Below, piece after piece: positions 27,090 through 40,333 of a stretch of 64,000 bases of DNA. Source of the DNA: Camelus dromedarius. Taxonomy: Eukaryota. Where the stretch lies: contig NC_087437.1 in the NCBI RefSeq assembly GCF_036321535.1, positions 19,470,001 to 19,534,000 of the forward strand, given 5' to 3'. Numbering within the stretch: the stretch's first letter is position 1; each line of letters starts with the position of its first letter. Below the pieces are notes generated by a model, which saw nothing but the letters and a program-made list of their open reading frames with translations, was not told the origin of the DNA and did no database searches. A program made the position numbers and the translations under genes.

Positions 27090-27560
27090 AAATAAGACAG
27101 GGCATACTTCTCACCTATAAAATCAAGCCAGAAAGGTGCGCGGTTCAGGGACAGGGCAACAGCTCTGATGTCATCAGCATCTCGGGATCTCTCTAGATTT
27201 CTCTGTCATTCTTGGAACATGACTCTAATCTACCCTCAAGATTGCCTCAGGGTCACAGGATGGCTGCTGCAGCTCCAACCATCATATCTGTGTTCCAAGT
27301 AAGAAGGAGGAAGGAGGAGAAGGGCAAAAGAGGCCTACCTGCTGGGTCAGCCCCCTAATTAAAAGCTTTCCTGAAACTTCATACAACAACTGCTTACTTC
27401 TTAGTGGCCAGAACACAGTGATATAATTGCCCCTATGACAAGGAAAACTGAAAAGTGTAGTATTTTTTTTTTTTAGATGGCACACTGCTGCTTTCAACAA
27501 AACTCGGTTTGCAAGAAAGGAAGAGGGATGGATATTGAGAAAGCAATTCTGTGGCAAGAA
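27090..27560. mobile_element. Old MaLR LTR (MLT1-type)
   Basis: Motifs gatggctgctgcagctcca..catcatatctgtgttcca and tggccagaac. Boundaries approximate. Confidence 0.5.
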
Positions 27561-29058
27561 ATAGAAAGTATATTATTTGAAGTAAAAAGATAACCAATAA
27601 AAGAATTAAAATTGATAGAATCATCCAAAATGAGAGGAAGGAGGAAGGGTAGGGTGCAGAGTATAAACGAGTGAAATTAATCTTTCACAATGGGACTCAG
27701 TGGCTCTCTTACCAGGATACAATTCAGAGTTTTGCACTGAACCCCCAAAATAATGCAAAAAGACTAAAGAGGTGCTACCTTTGGGAGGCAGGCAAGGGGG
27801 TAGTGGTAGAGCTCTTTTTATTAAAAGTCCTTCTGAATTAGTTGAATTTTTAAAATATCATGTGCTCACATTATTTTGATTACAAAAGTATCAGTGTTTA
27901 GTCTATTATATTGGGAAGCAAAGCATCACTCTATTTCCTTTATCCTCGACAACCTGGTTCAACGGTGTTTTTTAATTCCCCTCACTGGCTTAGAGAGGGA
28001 CAAAACCCAGCCTAATTCCAGGCTTTATTTCACTTCTTTAAATTGATTTTTTTAAAAAAACTCTAGCCATTTACATTCAAGATTCTTTACACGAAGGCAG
28101 ATTGTTTCTGGTGGGGCAAGTCCTCCTGAGCCCCACACTCTGTCTGAAAGGCGGCAGCCAGCATCTCCCTACGCTCATCCCCTTGGGTCTCCCGTCTGCT
28201 GGCAGATCTCTGTGCAGGAAGTGTGTTCTCTACCTGCCTGCTCTGCAGTCTCAAATCGCTGTACTAATGTCTCTATATTAACAGGCGGTGGCCAAAGGGA
28301 GTTCTGCTGAAATAGGCAGTAGTTTGGGCCATTTTAGACTAAATCCTAAAACGCACACGATAATGCTGAGCGATGCAGTTTAATTTATGAGCATGCAGGT
28401 CTGCTGTGAAATTGGGAAATGGAAGTACAAGATATTAGCATTCACATGGCAAGGGCAGGGCCAAGTCCAAAACTGTAATAGGCCTTTCACACTGGAGACT
28501 TTGAAGGAGCCAACACTCTGTCAGTTAAATGTGCGCTCACGAACCGCATCCTTGTATTTTGACGCCACCACCCACCTGAGAGGTATGTGCTTCTCCTGGT
28601 CTTATGCTCTTAATATTGCCCAACGTCTCCTGTTGTTTTCACAACAGTAGAACACTTGTATGCACGTCCTCTGGGCAGGTTTAAAAGATGAATTTCATGG
28701 TTTAATCTGCAGGAGGGAAGGTAGAACAGACGGCTTCTCGTCTCCTTCTAGCTGGGGCATGCAAACTATCATACGGCTAAATAGTTCCAAATTAAAAAGG
28801 GAAGACAGACATTTTGTAATTTAACTCCTAGCAGCTGTACATGCAGTTCATGCCGTGTAGTCTCCAGTTTAAAGAGCTCGTCAGCCAGAGATTTTATCTG
28901 ACCTTGACTTTCTAGCCCAGTTTTCAATGCACAGAGCAAAACAATATCTCTCTGTCTTCCCTATGAATGAAAATACACTCTTCTGAAGTTCAAACGAAAC
29001 ACTAAGTGTGCCCCAGCAGTAAGTTAAAGTATGATGGGAAAGAGGCTGCTGATCCCAC

Positions 29059-29578
29059 AGTAGTAGGCTGAATGGTGTCCCCAAGTGTATCAGGTCCTAA
29101 TCCCTGAACCTATCAATATGACCTTATTTAGTAACAGAGTTTTTGCAGATGTGATTAAGTTATGGATCTTGAGATGAGGAGGCTACTCTGAATTACTCAG
29201 AGGGCCCTAAATGCAGTCACATGTATCCTTGTAAGGAGGGAAAGAGAGATTTGACACACACAGAGACAAAAGGCCATGTGAAGATGAAACAGAGAAATCT
29301 GGAGATGCTGGCCTTGACAACTGGAGTGGTGCAGCCACAAGCTAAGGAATGCTAGCAGCTCCTAGAAGCTGGAAGAGGCAAGAAACAGACCCTGCCTCCT
29401 TCTTACACACACTCCCAGAACCTCCAAAGGGCATGTGGCCCTGCTGACACCTTGATTTTGGCTCAGTGATACTAATTGCAGACTTTTGGCCTCCAGAACT
29501 CTGAGAGAATAAATTTCTATTGTTTTAAATCACCAAGTTTGTGGTCTTTTGTTATAGCAGCCTCAGGAAACTAATACA
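29059..29578 (+). mobile_element. MaLR solo LTR (MLT1D-like)
   Basis: gtaggctgaatggtgtcccc...tttgcagatgtgattaag...AATAAA...gcagcctcaggaaactaataCA, with a 5-bp TSD CCCA(C/T). Confidence 0.85.
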
Positions 29579-29942
29579 CCCATAGAGGTGCTACAGGGGA
29601 GGGTTTGTACAAAACCACCCCAAACAGTCTGTGGTTCTTTTGATGGTATTTGGCAGAATTCATCTTCTTGCTTCTGAGCAAGTGGGATGTGAGAGGGGTG
29701 AATGCAGGGCATCCAGATCCGTGAAGCACAGGGTAAGAAAAGCAGGCAGCCATGCTCCTGGGTCCTTGGGAACCTCCTGGGTTCTCTGGGCAATTCCCCT
29801 CCTGAAGCAGGGGGCTGAGTGCTTGAAGAAAACATGAATAGTCCTTAAAGCTATTATCTGAATAGGTAAGTATGATGGAGATACCAAGGATTTAAGAAAA
29901 TTCCCATAAATTAAACTCATAGCTCAGATAGGGCTATGTAGG

Positions 29943-29943
<1 letters not shown>

Positions 29944-29976
<33 letters not shown>

Positions 29977-29984
29977 GTGCACGC
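29944..29984. repeat. (TG)n microsatellite
   Basis: Directly visible. Confidence 0.95.
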
Positions 29985-31739
29985 TGGGGGAGCATATCTT
30001 CAAATAAATGGGTGTAATTATTAACAAACATGGCCAGATGCCTGCGAGCATATGTTACAAGGCTGTTCTCTGAAGGTACATCTGGAATAGTGAAAAATTA
30101 GAGACTCAAATGTCTACCAACAGGGGAATGGTTAAACCCCATACTGTACCATGCAGCTATCAAAAAGTAACATTTCTATATAAATACTGACATGGGAGGT
30201 TATTAATGAGTAAATGTTGAGGGAGAAAAAAGCACGATGCAGACAGTACTATAGTATTATCTCATGTTGCTTGAATGAAGCCACCTATGTTGTTGTAATA
30301 TACATGAACATTGCATGGTATATACACCTATATATATGTATAGATCCACTGGGCGGATACTCATCAAACGTAAGTCAAGGAAAGGCGGGAGGTTGTTGGG
30401 GGGATGGCAGTAAGAGTGGATGGACTTGGACTTCTTACCTTACATAAATGAGCCTTTTCCTTAAGTGTGTACACTTTCTGTAGTTTTAAGAAAAAAAAAG
30501 ATGGACATGCAATAAAGATACGCCGTGAAAACATTGTGTAGTATGGTGCCAGGTAAACTGTGGCCTGAGGAAGGACTGGGCAGCCAGTGGTCTTTAGAGA
30601 CTGTCTGTGGCTTCTTGAGGTTGCCTGTAAGCCAGCTAATGTCGCAGCGCTGGAGGCAAAGACCTTGGCTTTTACAGCACGCTCCCTCGTGGTGCTGCTG
30701 CCATATTTTTATTTATAAAGGAAAAAAAGGCACAGTCAGTAGATCACAGTCCCAGGCAAGTGTGTCTACTGTCTGTTCCACAGGAGCGGGGCAAAGTCTC
30801 TATTCATCAGCTCAACCATTTCACACCGAAGTTAAGGAAAATCTGTCTTGGGAGCACTTTCCTCCTGAGGAGTTAATTCTACATGAGGATGTTTTTAAAG
30901 GTTACTTCGCCCCCTTGAAGGGTGGTTTTTCTCACTGGCAAGCAGAACTGTCTGAGCACAGCCCTCTTCCTGCTGGTGGGCTGCCCAGCAGGACAGGAGC
31001 CTATGCCTTGGAAAAGGACCCCTCAGCCTGCTTCCTTGGAGCATACCTCAAAGTGCACCCCAACCACACTCCACCATGTAGGAAAGCAGGGTTCTTGGAT
31101 CAAGAGTCCCCCAGTTACTTACCCACTGGAAACACTCTTGGATTAATGTACAATTGGGTTGATCAACTGTGCACCAAAAAGACATTAATATAGCTGGGGC
31201 ATATAGGCATTGACCTCCCACCATTCAATTCAAGGACGCCAAAGAGATGATGGGAGTGTGCCCCGGGATGCCAAAGCAGAGATGAGATTTCTGGACAATA
31301 AGAAACTACGAACTCAATTCCCTTTTGGATAAAAGCAGGGGTGCGGGTCACTTCTATCTCAAACACACGCCACATGATAACGGTGCTTTGAAGGTAACAA
31401 GTCTCTGCAAACACTTCTGCAGTGATGGCTCTTTGGGAAATTATTGCTTTTTGTGAAATGAAAAGAACCAATCATCTCTCTCCCCTGTATCATATGAAGT
31501 GTTTATTTTTCAAAGTGTGTATCTCCAAGATTTGCTGCAAATCCTAAAAAGTCATGACATTTTATGATTCCTTATTATAAAGTTCAAAAAAGGACTTTCA
31601 TCTCCTATTTTTTAATGAAATTGTCCCCAAAACAAAGATTGGGAGCTAGATTTTTCCTTAAGCACAGGGGCTAGTGTATCTAGAAGGCTTATGTGTAATC
31701 AAAATATTGAGCCCTGGTGGTTTGGTGCTTCCATTTTCA

Positions 31740-31890
31740 GAATTTGAACATCTGGTCCAAACTCCCTGTTTTACAGTTGAGGAAACTGATGACCAGAGAG
31801 GCAAAGTTGCTGATCCAAGGTCACACAGTAAAGTAGTAACAGAGTCAGAATCAGAGCTTGGGCTGGGGCTTCTATCACATTGTGACACTG
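31740..31890 (-). mobile_element. MIR SINE
   Basis: Motif ttttacagttgaggaaactga...ccaaggtcacacag. Confidence 0.7.
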
Positions 31891-33429
31891 GGTTATAAGC
31901 CAAGCTCTTTGGTTATGGAGATTTTTAAGTTTTATCCAAGGACTGCATCCTGACATATAATCCTCATCACTAGACCTAATGAGACTGGTACTTTGGAACA
32001 AAAGTGGGGGCATGTGGAAGTCCCCTTTAGCACAGGTAATAAATTCAGAGAAATATGAGGTGGGAAAGGACCTGGAGGGACTCTCTACTCCACTTCCTTT
32101 CCTGGAGGCAGAAGTCGCTGACATCGTTTCAGGGGAGAAGTAGCTATCTTATTTCTAAAACCCTTCAGAGAAGATTTCATAACTCCACTTACAAAAAGGA
32201 GTATCTGATTTCCTCACAACAATAGAATCCAAGAAATAACCACAGAAAACCACCACATAGAAAATATAAGACTTTCTTCACCCCGATACCTCAGAAGTGA
32301 TTATTTAAAATCACTTCCTAATTTAACCCAGTGTGAACATTTCTACTGGAAAAGAACAACATTTTGGAAAATAAGAAGTATGGAGTTGTCCTGACACCTG
32401 AACTAAGATTTCTGTACGAATCTGTAAGAATGTAAGAGGCTCACTCGGGTCTGGTTGTATGAAGACCCCTGACAGAAGTGATAACATAGACCTGCAGAGC
32501 ATAATACACTTGTAACAGGGAAGCTCCTGAGTTAGAAACTATGCAGTGGTTCCCACTGTATGATTTTTATCTCTTAAGTTTTGTAAGGCATCCCATTTTT
32601 TTGCAAAGCAGTTTTTGTACTGTGCTTTAGCTGGAGAAAGTACATTTCTAAGTAATCTGAAGGGGAAAAATTTTTGATTAAAAACTTCATCAATGATTCC
32701 ACATATATTCATGCCAAATGAGTCAAAAGCCAGAGGTTATTCTGGGAGAAGGAAGTCTGCCTAACATCCGTGAGATTAAGAAAGCGGAAGCTAATAATGT
32801 GTGGCACTTTATCTGAAGATGGTATCGCTGACCCAACGCCAACCGCTTTGAACCGCTTTTCCATCAGATGATGAGATTCCAGTCTCCCGAGAAGCAAGGG
32901 GTGCATCTCAAAGGCAGCGGCCGGAGTTAAGGTGGTCCAAGCCTGTGACACAGTACCAGCTGGCTGCCTGTGTGCGGAGCTGGCAGGTCTGAGAACAAAC
33001 ACTCTGAACTCCATCCCCCTCCCCAAGGTGTTCAGGACTCTCCCATCCACTGATGAAGTATCTGGGGCCCACTCCTTGATCTGTGTCCAGTCCTCATCTT
33101 CCACCCAGCTTCAGGCCTGAGAGGGAAAGGTCTTGGTCCTCACCTAGAGCCCAGGCTGGAGGTGATGCTTGGAGGACACAGGCCTGGGGAGGACTTGCAC
33201 CCTGGGATCTGTCCTCAGCCAGCCAGTGCCCAGGCCAGGTGAGGGGTACCAGGGGAGATTCAGCAGCATCTCAGCCTGGAGGCAGCCCACGGCTGGTGTA
33301 AGAGCCCTGTGAGTCAACACCCACAATCCAGTGAAGTGTGGGTGCCCACAAAATGCAAGGGAGCCCAGAAATGAGGCGAAGTGGCTCCGAGTGGATGAGC
33401 GGAGGAGTTAGCATCTGAGCTAGAGAACA

Positions 33430-33610
33430 CTGTCACTAACTATTTATGGGGCACTGCTGCTAGCTGCTGACACATATTATTTCAATTAGATGCTATTATC
33501 TCCCCTTTGCGGATGAGGAAACTGGGGCTCGGAGAAGTGACCTAATTGTTCATGGTTACACAGCAAGGAGGCGTGAGCTGGGATCTGACCCCACACCACT
33601 GGCTCTCCAG
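33430..33610 (-). mobile_element. MIR SINE
   Basis: Motif ctattatctccc..gcggatgaggaaactgggg..ggttacacagc. Confidence 0.65.
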
Positions 33611-36600
33611 CTGTCTCCTGGGTGTGAACCAGGTGACAACAGCGTGGATCTGTGAGTGCACGCTTGGGGGACTTCACAGCCTGGGTCCCAGGTCCCCAAC
33701 AGCACAATGTTTAAGCGGAACTTCAAAATTCTCAAACATAAATTCATTTTAATTTTGAAAGCAAGAGTGAACAGATGCCCTACAGCCTCTCCCCCTGGGA
33801 AAGGGGATGGGGAGGCTGTAAACCCCTGTCCCTTCCCTCCCTAGACAGGCCAGGAACCACTGGAGAACCAAACACAGCCCGCTTCTCCGAGAATGAACAG
33901 CCTTGGCTGTAACTCTAGAAGTCCAGAAGAAATGCAAGAAAAGAAAAACTTGACCTTTGGGCTCTTAACCATGAAGATGCCCACTCACTCAATAGAAGAT
34001 TAAAAACATTCAAATTCAAAGTACAAAACAGGGTTTCATGATAAGCATCTTACCCCTATTTTATTGAAACAACGGAGTTAAAATGTTAGAGGAACAGATG
34101 AATAAAGGGAGAAAAAAATGCAAGATGGTCAGTTTAAGGAATCCTGGTTTCATAAATGTCACCTTATTGGTGTTATTCTGTCATTTCCTGTGTCAACTCC
34201 AGTTTATAAAAAGATTTATGCCTGGATTAAAAGGTTCCTGTGCGGTCATTCTGCAAATAAAACCAGACTCAGAGATGGTTTTTTTAAAAAAAAATTCTGA
34301 TGCACAAAACCTCACATCTCTTAATGTGTCATGGAATGATGTAAAAGGTAAGTGATATTGTTAAAAACCTCATAAAAAGGATTTTTTAAAAAACTGGTTT
34401 AATGAAAAAATAATAGAAAACTATAAATTGCTGACCTCTCCCTCTGCTCCCTCTCCTCCACTTCCTAAGTTGAGTTTCTGGCCTCCGTCCAGGGCCCAGC
34501 ACACTGCCCCCGCCCACAGCCCGCTCACCACCTCCCAGAACTCAACTGGTCATGACTCACTGTTTTCCACAAGAGTGGTCCCTCCTCCCACATCACTGAC
34601 CCTGTGGATGGCCCTGTGGGTGGAACCCTCACACCTTGCTGCCCACCAAGCAGCCAAGCACCTCCCAGGTTGGCCCTTTCTCCTCTGTGTCTGAGACCCA
34701 CCTGCTTGTTCCTAGCATTCCTGGCCTTCAACCTGGTACATGGATGGTGTTTAATCATCTTGCCGGGAGCCCCTTGCTTCCTTGCCTTCCTTGCCTTCCT
34801 TTGAGCTCTTCTCTCCACCTGGAATGCCCTCCTCCACTCAGTTTCTCTCTCCCACCTTCTCCAATTTTCCGTAAATGAACAGCACCACCATCCAGGCAGT
34901 TGTGTGGGAGGGATTCTGGGCCCTCCAGTTTCCTCCCACCACCACCCTCCTCTCAATTCATCCGTCACCGAATCCTGTTCACTCCACTTCCCAGATCTCT
35001 CTCTGACCTCCTTTCTTCTCCATCCCCCTGTAATGGCTGGCCCTGGGCTTCCTCCTGTCCATGGGGCCAATGGGGCCATCGCATGGCTCCCTGGCTCCCT
35101 GCTGCCCTATCAAGCCTCTCCTGAATACACACTGAGCCCCTCCCTCCCCTGCTCCCCTCCGCGCTCAGGATGGAGCCAAGCACGTTGACAAGGCAGAGAG
35201 GTGGTCCGTGACGTGGCTTTTGCTGACCCCAGAGGACTCAGCTCCTAGCAGTCAGCCCCCGGTCCCACCCCAGCTGCTGCAGAAGCCCTTACCCCACCTT
35301 GGCTGGCCGCTACAGCAGAAAGGAATGGTCAAAGACTGGTTCACTCAAAAAATGTCCAGGCGAACTTTATCTTTAAATTAAACCTATACAAGTAAGTGGT
35401 CTGATGTGGGACCAAGGCTTTGTTTTCAGAGCGGGGCTTGGAGCTTTCACAAACCCCACCCATCAGCAACAGTTCCCCAGGCCAGCTTCTTTCGAGTGGG
35501 GAGGGAACCTAAAGACAAAGACAGGGATCTGTCTCAGTTTCCCCGGTTCCCCTGCTCCCCTCCACCCCAGTCTCATGGTCTAGTTCTTTCACCAACACCT
35601 ACGGGGATGGCGGTCGGGGGAGGTCAGCCACTCTCACCTTTTTGAGTCTTTTCATGGATTCAATTCATTCCTCAAAAAACCTTCTTTCTTTTATCCTCAT
35701 AACCCATCAGTTTAGGTAATATTTAATAACGTATTGGATTTACTGACAAGTACAATGAGCAGCAACACGTTTGAAGACAAACACAACTGACCAGTAAGCA
35801 CCTCGTGCATGACGTGGGCCGGGAGACTGCGTGCATGGGGCTTGGCTGAGCCCTGGGGGTGGGAACCGTGGGCCAGTGGGCATGTGCGCATAGCGTGGCC
35901 TGCCTGCCCCACTGGACTATGCACTCCACATGAGAAGAGCCTGGCTCAGCTCGTGCCCTTGAGGATCTCTGTGTCTAGCATGGGACTGGAACATAACCTG
36001 GGCTTAGGAGATGCTGGCTGAATGGAGAAATGAGCCTCCCCATAGACCAGCCCTACCCTGGCTCCAGAACCTCCTTGACCAAACCAGGTGGCCGAGACAC
36101 CCCCTCCTCTCCCTACTTGGACTCACTGCCAGAGTCACATAGAGGACAACACCGAGTTCTAACTCAGACCCAGGGTGTGAGCGCATCTCAGAGCCAGATG
36201 AGGATACAAGGGACCAGAGATACTCGCTAGTGCAGCTGCATGGTTCACGGGTCAGGAAGATGGAGACCAGCCAGGGGATCCAGTTGGGCACGCAGGGCCT
36301 CCCACTTCCCAGTCCAGATTCCTTTCCTCTCTCGTCCCCTGGGTCCCAGAAGCTGGGAGAGCACACAGCACACATAGAGTCCCATGATGGTACAGCCCCA
36401 GGCCAAGAATGGCTCTGGAACATCCCCACTCTATATGAGCGTCTTATAGGCAAGATCCTTTGGGCAGGAATCACACCTTACTCCCTTCTTCCCTGTGGCT
36501 TGGGGCATGAGAGGTAACTAGCTGGAAAGTGAGCCTTCAGCAAGGTAACCTTGAAGTCAACTTTAAACCAGGGGGCTGATTTCCATGTAAACGTTGCATC

Positions 36601-37124
36601 CCTATAGCCCATGAGCCTGGAACCGGCTCAGAATAAGGGCAGTGATGAGAAAGTCAGCCGAGGGCCGACGGCAGGCAGAGAGAGCGCTAGACGCTGGGTT
36701 ACAGCAGAACAAGGGCATAAGTGGAGAAAAAGTTGCTTCCTGGGCTCACAAATGCTTCATTTATAAGACTGACCTTCTTTTCCCACTGAAAGCATTTGTG
36801 TGCCCTTCAATACTTCCTATAATATTACAAAAATAAGATGCAAAGCAGTAAGCTTACTTCAGTCCTCATTATGATACTGAGGCACATGGAATTTAAGACA
36901 CAAGCAAAACCACTGATGTCTCTTGGGTCGGTTTTGCTTTTGACTTGAAAACTGGGCTGGCCTACCTCATGATCCACCTGACAGTTCATCACAAAACGAA
37001 ACGTGGACACAGAGGATCTACATCTCTCAGTTGGCTGTGGAAAGCATTATGGATTTATTTGATCAATGTGCTGTGTTTTAAAGACAAACTTTAAAATTGT
37101 TTCCAACTCCTTCACAGCCATTAA

Positions 37125-37680
37125 TAATCCCTTCATTCAGCAAATATCAATCAGCATCTACTCTGTGTCAGGCAGTATGCCAGGAACCAGGGAGTCAGAA
37201 GCGTAAGCCATATTCTTGCCTGCAGGGCTCACCTGACTGGGCTGATGGGGGGCAGATGGGATACCTGATGTTCAAAATGCATATTGAAACTGGCATAGAT
37301 GGAAATAGAGGGAGCCTGAGTGCACAGAAGAGGGTCTCCTGCCAGCCAGGTAGAGAGTGTGCAAAAGGGGTATGGAAGGGTTCCAAGAGGAAGTAATAGG
37401 TGCTTTGGGTTTTGAAGGATGAATAGGAGTTGGGCAGGTGAATGAGTTCGGAAGAGAAAACTGTTTGTAAAGCCTGAAAGTGGGAGGCCATGGGGCATGT
37501 CAGGGATGCAAAGGGGTCAAGAGAGTAGCTAAGGTTGGTGGAGGGGGATGTAGGGGTGGTGGGGGAGATGACAGGGATATTCAGGGCCTGGTTGCCAAGG
37601 CCTTGTGTTCTATGTTGACAAGGTCAAACTTGATCCCGATGGTAGGGGCTGGTGAGCCCCTGCATGGCTTTACACAGGGT
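37125..37680. mobile_element. L2 LINE 3' fragment
   Basis: L2 terminal motif ttcattcagcaaatat..gcatctactctgtgtcaggca, plus ttttgaaggatgaataggagtt. Confidence 0.55.
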
Positions 37681-39892
37681 GATCAATCCACGCGTGACTA
37701 CCTGAGGGTCTCCTGAACAGCTGAGCAGCCCCAGGGACACCTTCCTTTATTCGCTGATCCTGAGACAACAGCAACTTACAAGCCTCATTAGCAGGCACGT
37801 CTCCAACAAACAACTCAGCCTGCTTCCCCTTCCACAACGCCCTCTCTTTGAGGCCACAGTTACCTTCTATTGCATTCTAATATCAAGAAGTGATAAACAT
37901 ATGCTCATGTTTCCTTTTACAAGTTTTTGATTATCAGCCTGGCATTGTAGCTGCAAATTACCCATTTTCTATTTTAATTATTTTTACTTCTCTAGAGGAA
38001 GAAGGAAAAGAAGTGCTTTTAAGTGACTAAAGTGCCCGAGCCACAGAAGGAGGGAAGAATTAAGCACTGCCGCATCTTTTGCCAATAGCAACATAATAGT
38101 AAGGGTTTGAAAAATGGCATGCCAGCTTATGGGCTGTGTCAGATCTGGCTTTCTGAACAGGTGCGTTTGCTCACCGTGATCAGTTTACCTAAAACACGGC
38201 CTGGTCTGCAGCAAACCAGGAAAAGCTGGGCTGGCAGCAGAACGGCTCCCTGAAAACTGGCTACTTTACGGAGTAGGTGGGTCCGTTGCGCTCTTAGGTA
38301 TTGACTCTTGCTTTTTCGGTCTCTGGGAGGAATTTTTTAGGATGGGATCGTCGCTAATTCAGATGCACCCCAGCAACTAAAACATTTGGTCATATTCTGG
38401 TTGGAATCCCACAAGGGTCTAGCCAGGTTAACTGTTGTCACGAACCCCTCTTCCAAAGGAGACCAGCACAGGGCCAGGTCGGGTGGAGGCTGGCTGGGAT
38501 GCGGGTGAGGAAGGCCTTGGGAATGGATGGGAGGGAAGGAATTCAGGTCACTAAGTGAAATGGAGAGGATGTTAGTGTGCAGAGTTGTGTGCCCATTGGC
38601 AGCTTAATGTCCCATTTAATTGGCACGTAACATTAATTGACAGAGTAGCATGTAAATGAGAACATGGCCATGGCTTCGTGGCGTTGAAAGGTGATGGTGG
38701 TGGCTTTGTTTTGAAAGCTCAGCTCTGATGAGCTACATAGTTTCATTATTGGGATGACTTGCTCATCAAGAAACTGTGCCAACCATCCTAATTCCTAACA
38801 TCTTCCATGTGGGACTGTGCTCAGTCCTGGGGATGAGGTCACGGAGGACCCAGTCCCTGATCTCGCGTAGGTGGTCAGACATGGAAAAAATAACAAGCAG
38901 CTACTTAAATGTTCAAAGTGACAGCTGTGGTCAAAGCAAAGACTCATCATCGTAGCTGTGGAAGCTCTAAACGCTCTCTTCACATTTTAAACCCTCATGG
39001 ATGACAATAATAAATCACAATCATCATAAATCAATAATACGAATAATGCCCACAGCTCGAAGTTACTCAGTGTACTGTGCAGTAGGCACTTTGTAGTTTG
39101 TTTTGGCAGCACCGACACCGTGCATGTGACTACACCGTCCTTTGTGTTATCTGTAATCTTTGCAAACATTGTGCAGAGAAGTACGTGTGATCATTTTGTT
39201 TCTGACAGGGCTGCTGAAGCTCAGGGCTCATCCAAAGTTAAGGTCCCTGGAGATGCAGAGCAAGGCTCCTCTCTGAGCACAGAGACCGGGTCATTTCACT
39301 CCCCACTTCCTTAGAGGTGCAGAAGCCAGCAGGGGACCAGACCGCCCCTCCACCCAAGCCCTGGGCTCTTTGGTATTCAAGACGGGCTCATTCATTTTGG
39401 CAGGAAACAATAGCTGTAATCAGCACATTAACCATCCTTTAGTTATAAATCCTTCCCTCAAGAGTAAATGGTTCGCCTTTCTGGGAATCTCAAGATCCTT
39501 GCGTGAGTAAGGAAAGGTGAGAGCACGTTAACTCTACCCTCAATAGCAAAGGTAACGGGGACTCCAAAGTCTGGCAGGGTGTGTGTGCGCAAGTTCATGC
39601 AGTGGGGAGTGTGCTGTGGCTGTGTTGGGTTGTGTGTCATGGTGTCATGGAGGGGTCTGATGGAGGATGGGTCTCTGAGGTGTCTCATGGGAGGTGTACG
39701 GTGGATATGGGGAAGTCAAGGGCAGGTGACAGAGGAGCTATGAAGCCCTGTGTGCACTGGAGGGGGGTTCTTGAGAGCTCTGCTGTGGGGTGTGCTGTTA
39801 GAGGGTGATGTGGAGGGTGCTGTGCAGTTGCACTGTGGGATGTATCATGGGGGGGTGCAGTGGGGGTCTGCTCTCGGGTTGCAGTTGGGATG

Positions 39893-40333
39893 TGTCACCA
39901 TCTGCCTCCACAAGGATTAGGTCACCAGCCACTACAGTCACTGACCTTAACACTCCCTGAAAGGAGCTCAGGGCGGAGATCAGGCATGAGGCACGCTGTG
40001 CTCTGGGAAGACTGGCAGAACAGGCCAGTTTTCAGGAGAAAATTTTATGAACCCCAATCTTGCATCATCCCACATGGAGAAAAGCACTGAAACCATCAAC
40101 CAAGATGTCTATTCCTTGTGTCTGGCAGCAACCTTCTACTGAGATGTGTGCCTGATTACATGAACCCTTGGCCAAAAATCACATACACATTGGTCTCACC
40201 CCTTACCTCTTTGAAACAGTTCCTCAGAGCTCTCTGAGAAGACGTCTCCTGGGAAGTGTCAGTGTCAGGAAGACACTGAATAAACTCAACTCACAGCACT
40301 TACATCGTACATTTTCCCCCAAGTCTCTTTCCA
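39893..40333 (+). mobile_element. ERV solo LTR (ERV1-like, 441 bp)
   Basis: TG...CA termini, 4-bp TSD GATG (39889-39892, 40334-40337) and AATAAA at 40279-40284. Confidence 0.75.

Noticed and set aside
30525..31193. Longest ORF in the window (222 aa, plus strand)
   Set aside because: Starts at GTG, has no recognisable domain or exon context, and is antisense within intron 1. Consistent with a chance ORF.
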